DNA of 64,000 bases from contig CM119266.1 in assembly GCA_051294375.1 (NCBI GenBank), positions 1,431,554 to 1,495,553 of the forward strand. The letters are read 5' to 3'. The translations under genes and the position numbers were made by a program. Below are positions 54,568-64,000 of the stretch, piece after piece. Numbering within the stretch: position 1 is the first letter of the stretch; every line of letters begins with the position of its first letter. The stretch is from Paraspadella gotoi (Eukaryota > Animalia > Chaetognatha). Below the pieces are notes generated by a model, which was not told the origin of the DNA, ran no database searches, and saw only the letters and a list, made by a program, of their open reading frames with translations.

Positions 54568-57370
54568 AGAGCGCGATGGAAAATCGACTCATCATCATTC
54601 AGCGATGGAAATCCCGGTGGGAGATGAAACGTCAGTGATGGAAACCGAAATAGACGTTTTCACAAACGTTGAGGAAAACTGGAAGTTTTAGTGGAAGTGA
54701 GAAACCCCATAGAGTTTCCATCGAAGCTCCTTTGACCTTGGAACCATGGTGCACACCATGATTTTCATGGGCGACGAAATGGGGAGATGGAATTTTTCCA
54801 TCGATTCCGTTACTAAGAGGGAATTGGTGGTGACTGAGGTTTGAAATGTGGGACGCCTTCGGTGAAACCTTTGGTGGAAACAGTGGAATTTCCAGCAAAG
54901 GAATTTCCGGTGCAAGTGTCTGATGAGATGGAAACTTTCATAGAGGAGATGGAACTTCCGATGAAAATTCCACAAAAGGAAGAGAAAGTGAGAAAGTCGT
55001 TTGGTTTCAGAGATGGAAATCCAAGTGGAATCAGTTCCAATCTTTCGATCTTAAAGGATACGAATTTTCAAATAAAAAACTTTCATCCGATGAAACTTCA
55101 ATGAATAAACAGTGGAAGAAAAAAACGAATTTCCTGATTATGAGATATCGAAAGAAACCTCGGCGAAGATGGAAACCAGCGATCAAAAAATGAAATATCT
55201 GAGAGAAGAAATTGCGAAGATCAGCGACTAGTGATAGAACCTGTGATAAAGAAATGATTATTCCCGCCGACGTCACCAAATCTCTGGCGATTTCCTCCGA
55301 TAGCCGCCGACTATCGACTATCGACTCGAGACTCCCGTCCGGCCGGCCAATCGGAAGCAGACGACGCCGGCCAATCGGATCTTCTCCGTCATCCGGCGCC
55401 GAATTATTACCGACGATTTTGAAGGCGCCGGGAGATCGGGGTTGCCGGGAATCGGTTCCGGCGGCGAGGTTGAAAATGTAAGAGAAAAAATGGATGAAGA
55501 AATACGAATGGCATCGAGGAAAGGAACTTCGAAAGCAGACGACAGAAGAATTTGAGATTATCACGCGGAAGATATGAGTTTATTTTTAAAAGAGATTCAT
55601 CAGCAATCTTTGTCGGTGGACGCGAATCATGATTCGCTGGAGGAAACTGATTCTTCAGCGATGCCGCGACAACAGCATGGGAGGCATTGCGCAGGTCAGT
55701 AAATGAGTCACTTGCAAAAAAAAATATTAGAAGAATGTTTTTTACATGTATTTGATATCGGTTTTCCTATTTAAATATTAATTATTTTGTATCATTTGGG
55801 CAAACTTTGTACTTTAGTAACGAATTCATAGAATTCTTTTTATTCTTCAATCGGTGAAAAAAAACAATCAAATGCTAGGTTAAAACTTACTTAAGTTAGC
55901 ATTAATATAAAATAGCACTTTCACTGCTATGAATTGTTTTTTATAGAGAGAAATAACACTCTACTTCAAAGGTATTATAACTACACATAACAATTTCTCC
56001 TTCCAAATTTTATATTGTCCATTGGGAATTTTGTTAAAGAATAATAATTATTGATCACGTTACGCAATTTCTCTCGAATAAGAAACTTGTTTTTTCTTTG
56101 GACGAAATCGCTACCGAGATGAGATTTTTCAAATCCGATCAAGTTTATCTCTTTCACCTTTTTGGCTTTTTTTCCGCGAGCAAAGCATCAATTTGAATCT
56201 GAAAACAAATAATAAGAAAAATAAAGTGTTTTTTAAAAGAATCATTAAATAAATCTTTTTTTAAAAAAATTTTGTCACTTTTATTTATATTTATTTAAAT
56301 ATATTTTAAGATTTTGATTTTATCAAATCGTTGAAATAACTTGATAACATGAAACAAGAACGGTAATTCCAATTTGTTGCGCCGCCAGTGACTTTATTTT
56401 CAAGTGTATTTTTTTTTTTATGCACATGACATGACATGATATGACTAAAAAATTTTTTGCTTTATAACATGCACTGCATCAAAATTCTATCTTTTATTCT
56501 TTTATAGTTTTAAGAGTTACTGAATATGGCGCTAGCAGCTCTTAGATTTGAGGTTTTTTTTCTGTCTTACCATATGAGCAAACCAACTATAAGGAAATAA
56601 ATCCAAATATATTCATTTTTAACGTAAATAAACAGACGACAGATTGACATACCGATCGACCGACAGACGACCGAAAAGTGACTTATAGAGTTGCTCCGCG
56701 AGTACTCGCGGCGTAACTAAAAATTCAAACAAACGAAGGTGTTTCCTACAATTTTTTCTTTTTTGAGAAAAAGACAATTACCTTTAAAATGAAAGATCAA
56801 AGAAAAATCTTAAGAAAGAATCAATAGTTGAGCAGTAGATCGAAAATTCAAATTCATAACTGTTTTACAATTTTGCATGATTGAAAAAAAAACTAAATAA
56901 AATACAAACTGTTGCCTAAATAAAAATGTAAACAGGATTTCATAAAAATTAAACTTTTACCAAGAATTCCCCGGAGAAACACATATAGCTATTTATGACT
57001 CCAATTCAATTGTATTAAACTAAAATTTAACTATAACCATAAAATTAAATCCATTCATTGATTTTTTTTACCGGACCCAAAGTGTTTTTCAAAAAAGGAA
57101 GGCTAACGGAAACAGATCAATCTATTGAACCAATTGAATTGACTTATAAAACGCTACAATCAATCCCGTGAGTCAAATTTATATTCTGTCTTAGTCCGTT
57201 TTAATTCCGTTTTAATTCCTAGCGCAGTGTATTCTAACAAAATTTTGAAAACAATTTTTCTAACACTTTTAAATAATTATATGTCAGGAAACCGTCAATT
57301 CGATTGTCTCCTTTTTATATAATGAGGACCTGGCAAACAACGAGGACCAAATTGTCATAACGACGACTAC
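54568..57370 (+). repeat. Noisy duplicate of ~51480-54300 (3' part of the disordered-protein gene plus downstream DNA)
   Basis: Direct colinear match with indels. It is preceded by a 10-N gap and by 54311-54554, which duplicates ~53828-54071. Confidence 0.9.
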
Positions 57371-57494
57371 AACGACGATGACGACGACGACGACGACTAC
57401 AACAACGAAGAAGAAGAATCGCCTTAAAAGATTCGAAAGAATTTTGCGAATCTTTATTCCAACCAGAAAAAAATGTTTACCCGAAGCTCAAACA

Positions 57495-57525
<31 letters not shown>

Positions 57526-57884
57526 ACGACAACCACGAACACGACCAAAAAAAACATCGGTATTTCAATATGAACATTTAAAGTAAATCGAAAAATTCAA
57601 AAGCAAATATAAAAATAGAGGCAACCGATTCGGTGTTGGTACAATAATAATTCACAAACAAAACAAAGAAAAATCGTATCAAGGTTTTCGTGGCCGACAA
57701 GTCGGGCCATGTGGGTGTGACCTCCAATAATATCGACGATTATCATAATTCATATTTTCATTTAAGTGCGAGAATTATTTCGTTTAATTTTGAAAATGTA
57801 TATGGAATTATTTTTTTATACAAGATGTGGAGTTTCCTTCTGACGTAATGGAGGAAATAATCACACCAGAGTTAATATAAAAAA

Positions 57885-58215
57885 ATTCAAATCAAATCAA
57901 ATCAAATTCAAAACAATCAAACCAAATTAANNNNNNNNNNNNNNNNNNNNNNNNNAATCAAATCAATCAAATCAATCAAATCAATCAAATCAATAAAATC
58001 AATTAAATCAATCAAATCAATCAAATCAGTCAAATAAAATCAATAAAATCAATAAAATCAATCAAACCAATCAGATTATTCAAATTAATCAAATTAATCA
58101 ATCAATCAAATCAATCAAATCAATCAAATCAATTAAATGAATGAAATCAAATATATCAATTAAATGAAATCTATCAAATCAATCAAATAAAATCAAAAAA
58201 ACTAAATCAGTCAAT
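57885..58215. repeat. (AATC/AAATC)n degenerate microsatellite upstream of an acceptor
   Basis: Visible tract; similar tracts at ~49260-49310, 49560-49855, 59960-60100, 60300-60350 and 61355-61400. Confidence 0.9.
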
Positions 58216-58228
58216 AATGTTTCAACAG

Positions 58229-60731
58229 GAAGCAAAGAAAATCTCGTCAACATCGTCACTTCCAAAGAAACAACAACAACAACAACAACCGAATCCTCAT
58301 AATCAAAACTCAAAAGAAAATCATCATAAACAACGAAAGTGGAAAGACGAAGATTTTTTCGATCTTCAAACTCAACTTTTGACGTTGCAAAGGCTCAACG
58401 ATCGACTCGGAGCCGACAATAACGACGAAGCCGACAATAACGACGAAGCCGACAATAACGACGAAGCCGACAAGGATTTACCGACACGAAAACCCGAAAC
58501 CAGCGGGAGAGAGATTTCAAGAAAGGAGAGCAACGAACTCGTTGGTTCCCAGGCGTTGGCGACGGAGAGTGCGAACCGAGATAAAAAGATCGAGAGTAAA
58601 TCGGAGAGCGAGGCGACTTCTTTGATCGCACAAAATGAGAACGAGACCGAGGCGATGCGATCGGGGACGGAGGCGATGCGATCGGCGACCGAGGCGCGAA
58701 GTGCCGAACCCGAGATCGAGGGACAAAGAAACTCGGCAGACGGAAGCGATGTAACGCCGTCGGATCATCGCGATGTCATTGGATCCATGAACGAGTCTTT
58801 GCATCAGCGAGAATTGGATTCTGCAGAAGCAAGAACTCTGAACCAAAAAGTTTCGCCTCAAACGAACAAATATTTAACTTGGAATCTTAACGGATTGACG
58901 GATTCGTCGGAAGAAGAAAAGAGTCGGCCATCTGCCTCGCCGGTTGAGGGCGGAAAATCGGCAGAGACTACGCCGGAACGAATCCCTTTCGGCAAAGCGG
59001 AGTCGACGATGGACGAGACGACGACGACGACGACGACGACGACGACAGCGCCGGTGACATCGACGAGAAGAATCTCACATAGTGACACAGTGACAGAGGT
59101 CGTGAAGGAGTTGTTGACGATGAATACGACGGAGACGACGCCGCCGACGCCGCCCGACGACGCCGCCGACGCCGCGTCGCCGCTGGATTTAGAGGAAGAG
59201 ACTCTGATCGTCGAGGAAGAGAAAACGACGGAAGCGAATCCGAGTTTGACTTTTCAAGATGGCGCTTGGAAACAAAAGAGCATCGGGGATCGAGAGAATA
59301 ACAACAACAACGACCAAAGAAGCGACGACAACAACAACATAGAAAACAATGAGAACAACCAAAATCAATTTAACAATAACCAAAACAACAAGAGTGAATG
59401 TTCTATATCGATGCAGACGTGGAATGTGGAAAATAAAATGCGGCCAGAGATTCTTCAGCGACCAGTGGAAAGAAAGATTTCGGCGNNNNNNNNNNNNNNN
59501 NNNNNNNNNNNNNNNNNNNNNNNNNNNNNNNNNNNNNNNNNNNNNNNNNNNNNNNNNNNNNNNNNNNNNNNNNNNNNNNNNNNNNNNNNNNNNNNNNNNN
59601 NNNNNNNNNNNNNNNNNNNNNNNNNNNNNNNNNNNNNNNNNNNNNNNNNNNNNNNNNNNNNNNNNNNNNNNNNNNNNNNNNNNTTTTATATGTTAAATAC
59701 TAGTACAATTACTAATTGGTGATGCTCTTTTGTTTCACCGACAGGACAGCGCCACGTTGCGTCACAGCGTGGGAATTAAAAAACGCGTCTCGTTCAGCGG
59801 AACTTCGACTCTTCACTCGGATTCGTCGAAAGGTGAGGTTCGGGTAAGGCGAGACAGTTTCAGAGTCAAGCCTCGTCTTGTCGCGATGACCTCATCTTAT
59901 CCTTCAAGACTTTAAATCTTCACGACGGAATGTCGTGTCGAGAGCTTCATTCCGACACGATCGATCAATCAACCACTTTAAAATTTAATCAATCAATCAA
60001 TCAGCAAGTCAGTAACTCATTTAATGAAAAAAATCAATAAATTTTTTTTCACATCTGTAGAATGTAGCAATCAATCAATCAATCAATTTAATCAATAAAC
60101 AAATTAAGCGCTTAATCTAAACCTTGATTAAGACCTGACGGTGTCCTCGTTCTCAATTCGTGTGTCCGGTCGATCAAAGGTCATTGTCAAAAGATCGGAA
60201 GGTCAATTTATCAACGACCTGGGTTAAGTCGCTCAACGCTTGTTAAATTTATTCACATTGATTAAGTAAATGGGGCGTATTTTATCGAATCAACACTATT
60301 AGCAAATCAACCCCAATCCAATCCAAATCCAACTCCATTTATCGAACCAATCCGACGAAGCATCGACCCCCGGAGCCACGACGCCCGACGTGGAGTATTT
60401 GACGCTTCCCAAGGGCTCGCCTTTTGGCAAAAAATCGTCGTCGTTTTCGTCGTCGTTTCGTCCGCTTCATTCTCAAGGCGGCAGGAGGAAGAGGAAGAGG
60501 AAAGATGGAGAGAGGGAAGGAGAAAACGTCGGTGGTGAGTGAAGGGTAAGGGAGGGAATGGAAGAGGTCAGGTCGTCTGGATGGAACTATCAAAATGGTC
60601 TCATTATTTCTCCATCCTTCTCGACCGATATACGGAGGAATAGGTCTTCGTTATCGCTTTGGTCGTCTTTGCAATAAGACGTTTTGTAGACAGAAGAAGA
60701 GAGAGAGAGAGAGAGAGAAGAGAGAGAGAGA

Positions 60732-60784
<53 letters not shown>

Positions 60785-62448
60785 CACCGTGGTAAGTCGC
60801 CGCAGTTGTTCTTTTCTTTGTCTTGTCCGTTTAATGTCTCGTTCTTTAAAAGTTTTTTTGTTTTTATTGTCCGCAGTGGGTTTTTTTGATGTTGTTGTAT
60901 CATCGTCGTTAGTTTTCTTTTTCGTCGTCGTGTCGTAATCGTTGTAGTTTGTTCTCGTTTATTTGTTGTTGTTCCCGCTTTCATTAACACGCCTCCTCCT
61001 TTGACGATCCTCTCCGCAGACCGAAGCTTGCCTCTCGCCTCCTCAACGACGGCATCGTCGCGCCTCTGGCTTCTTCGCCCAAACGCGTCTCAAGGTGGTG
61101 CCTGCTGGGAGAAGATCGGGGGTCGGGAGACCTTGCTTCTTGCACAGGTGGGTTTCGGTTGTTGAGTTTTTTCTCGAAATGAATGACTGATTGTTCATTG
61201 GTTTGTAATTTGTTTGATTGGTGGGTTTGGTTGAATTTGTAGATAGTAACACCCTGATTGTTTGGTTAGTTTGGTTCATTTGATTGGTCGTTTAATCTTC
61301 TATCTTTTCCGATAAGCGCCAGTAATTCAATCGAGTTTAATCTATCCAAAGCATTACCCAATCAGGCACAATCGATCAAACCAATCAATCCTACCAATGA
61401 CCAGATATTGCAACGGCGTCTTCTACGAGGCGTTGAACACGACATACGGCGTTGACTTCGTCGTTCAAATCTTTCGTCGCAGAGATGAACCAGCGCTTTG
61501 CACTTCAAATTCCTGGGACAACGGCCGGGCAGGTGGGGGAAAAGGGGGAGGGCAGATTGTTGGAGAGGGGGAAGGGCAGGTGGGGGAAAGGGGGAGGGCA
61601 GATGTGGAGAGGGGGAGGGCAATGCGGAGAAGGGGAGGGCAGGTGGGGGGAAAGGGGGCGGGCAGATGTGGAGAGGGGGAGGCAGTGGGAAAAAAGGGGG
61701 AGGCAGATGTGGAAGAGGGGGAGGGCAGATGTGAGAGAGGGGGAGGGCAGGTAGGGGGAAAAGGGGGAGGGCAGATGCGGAGAAGGGGAGGGCAGGTGGG
61801 GGGAAAAGGGAGGGCGATGCGGAGAGGGGGAGGCAGATGCGGAGAGGGGAGAGGAAGGTGGGGGGAAAAGGGGCGGGAAGATGTAGAGAGGGGGAGGGCA
61901 GGATGGGATCTCTCATTCACGAAGGTTTAAACTTCCCGTCCTTTCACGTCCTTGTTCTCTCATTGCGACTACGGAGTTTTTCCGATATTTTCCCGCCATC
62001 ACAAAATCGCAATCACAATTTTCTTTTCTCTTCACCCAGCATCTTCTCGACTTCCCCGACCTCCACCCACGCCACCAAACAAGCCCCCTCATTAACACCA
62101 ATGCCCCCCCATTAACCACCAGACGCCCGTCATTAACGCACCAACTCCCCCTCATTAACACAAAAAGGGCCCCCCCATTTTTACATGCCCACAAGAATCT
62201 ATGCGTTTGAGACGTCGGAAGTCCGAAAAGAATGTTTTTATTGTTGCAATATTTAGCATTGTAGAAAATGTTTAAGTATTTCTATGCCCGTGGAGTCGTA
62301 TCGTCCGTCGAAAAATGTTTTCCAACATGAGTTATTTTCGCGAAGAATTGAGAAGAAAAAGTCGTATTGAAATATTGAGACTTAATTTTTTATACTCATT
62401 TGTATTTAATCTCTCTTTTCGTTGCGAAAATGCCTCTCTCTCTCTCTC

Positions 62449-62546
<98 letters not shown>

Positions 62547-63490
62547 ACCGCCAAAAATATTGGCCCATTGAAAACTAGCCAGTAAGAAATAGAGGCGAGG
62601 CGTAACACATTCACAAGCATTATTTTCAAACTCAGAAAGTAAGAAACAGAAAATGGCCTTTTTTTTAAGAAAAAGGGAGACTATTTTGACTCGACAACTC
62701 ACCACTCGATCCCCACTCACCAGAACGGTTCCGCTGGTCTCTCGCCAATACATGCGACGCGCTGACGTCTCTTCATTTTCTACGACGTCACCAGAGAATC
62801 GATTTTCTCAGCGTCAGGAATTGATCGAGATCGCCAAAGATGGAGCTGGATGGGAGACGCCGGCTCTGGCGCTCGTCGGTCAGTCCGTCTGTCCGTCTGT
62901 CCGTCTTTGATCGTCCGTTTTATCCCTCTGTCTGTCCTTGACGTCAAGAAGAGAAAGGACTTTCCCAAGTCTACGTGTCTGTCCTGTCCGTCAGTCTGTC
63001 TGTCTTTCAAATTTGTCTGTCTGATCCTCTTTCTGTCGGTTTAACTATTTCTTTGTCAGTCCTCCCCGTCTCCCTGTCAGTCTGCCGCCAATATTCTGTT
63101 CATCTCCAGTTTGATTTGGCCCGCAGTGATACCAATATTTTTTTCTTTTTCCTTCAGGCAACAAAACGGATCTCCTTTCCTCCCCAAACTTCCTCCTCCT
63201 CTTCCCCTTCCTCTTCCCCCGTCCCTTCTCCTCCGCTCCTCCTCGCCTCCTCTTCCGGGCATCTTTCCGAGACGAGTTGTCGTCTCGGCGCCGGATTCCA
63301 AGTCGTCGAACGCCTCGTCGACGCCATGGTGGAGCGGAGGAACGCGGCGGCAGCCGCGGCGCCGCAGGGGGAGGGATTCGGAGTGCGGGCGGGAGTTGAA
63401 GAAGGGGAAGGCGTGTTGGTCGTTGAAAGGGAGGGGATTGGGATGGAGAAAGGGGGGGGGAAAAGGAAAGAAAGAGAAGAGGGAGGGTGA
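58229..63490 (+). CDS. Large Rab GTPase gene of the CRACR2A(Rab46)/RASEF(Rab45)/Rab44 group; exons ~58229-(gap), 59745-59832, 60361-60534, 60690-60791, 61020-61147, 61405-61532, ~62724-62878, 63158-~63490
   Basis: After allowing for indels the GTPase exons give PKRVxKVVLLGExGVGxTCFLHR/YCNGVFYEALNTTYGVDFVxKSFVAEMNQRFALQIWDTAGQ/ERFRLVSRQYMRRAD..IFYDVTRE..FLSVRNxIEIAKDGAGWETPALALVG/NKTDL...ETSC, i.e. G1-G5 in order across GT-AG junctions. The upstream exon has DLQTQLLTLQRLNDRLGADNNDE, similar to the coiled-coil end of CRACR2A/RASEF. PxRxxKVV before G1 and a long N-terminus are typical of large Rabs. Confidence 0.8.
61524..61905 (+). repeat. G-rich ~22-bp minisatellite at the 5' end of a Rab intron
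   Basis: Alternating GGGGAGGGCAGGTGGGGGAAAG and GGGGAGGGCAGATG(T/C)GGAGAG units, starting at the exon/intron junction. Confidence 0.9.
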
Positions 63491-64000
63491 ATGAGAGGCT
63501 TTTTAGGTAGGGCCATCTTTGTCAATGGGGTGGATCAGAAAGTTTGATTTGGGAACCTTCCAAAGAAACTTCATTACATTTCTGAGAAAACTTTCAAAAG
63601 ACCCAAAATTTTCTAAATGGCTAGAAAAGCACTATAATATTTTTTTTAATATTTATTTATAGATAGGAAATGTCAAAATTTTTTTGGAATTTTATTTTTT
63701 AAAAAGCAGATTCAAATATAATGCTAAGTATATTCTTTTTCAATATTTTTGATGATAAGTGAGTTAAAATTGGAAAAAACCTTAAAAAAATCATCATCAT
63801 GAATTTTGCGGTTTTTACTAATTTTCAGTAATAAAACATAAAAAATTTGTAATTACATTTTTTTGGCTCAACTTTTCGAGCTCTATCAGAATCAATTAAA
63901 AAAACTTAAAATATCAAAAAAAGTTTTGACATTATATAGCAATATAGCGAATTACTCATGGTCGGAACATTTTTGCAAAAAATATTTTAACACATAAGTA

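Noticed and set aside
57670-57800. EF-hand-like KVFVADKSGHV as an N-terminal exon of the large Rab
   Set aside because: The 12-residue loop pattern is incomplete and splice linkage could not be established.
61397-61930. 177-aa Gly-rich ORF and antisense Pro-rich ORFs as standalone genes
   Set aside because: They are the Rab G2-G3 exon read through into an intronic G-rich minisatellite.

Overview
AT-rich, microsatellite-dense eukaryotic DNA, probably from an invertebrate animal (inference), with GT-AG introns. There is no sign of prokaryotic operons, CRISPR arrays, rRNA or intact tRNA. Much of the window is redundant. A ~19-kb block (~10.9-30.2 kb) recurs in shuffled, partly inverted and indel-ridden copies at 30.3-53.8 kb; 1-1911 repeats 5247-7161; and 54.6-57.4 kb repeats 51.5-54.3 kb. 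Five gaps of exactly 25 N and locally garbled sequence point to long-read gap-filling artefacts plus uncollapsed haplotypes. Genes reconstructed by hand: (1) a minus-strand XK-related (Xkr/CED-8 scramblase-like) membrane protein gene with a long extra multi-TM C-terminus; its intron holds a tRNA-headed SINE-like element containing a ~100-bp hairpin; (2) a 4-exon, ~1229-aa disordered protein gene (48015-52624); (3) a large Rab GTPase gene of the CRACR2A/RASEF/Rab44 type (~58229-63490), whose GTPase domain the ORF track misses because of introns and indels. The most unusual signals are the hairpin SINE-like element, Rab introns whose acceptors lack polypyrimidine tracts but have ends complementary to the intron 5' end, and an in-frame (AG)n microsatellite exon. 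All family calls come from motifs recognised by eye, not from database searches.
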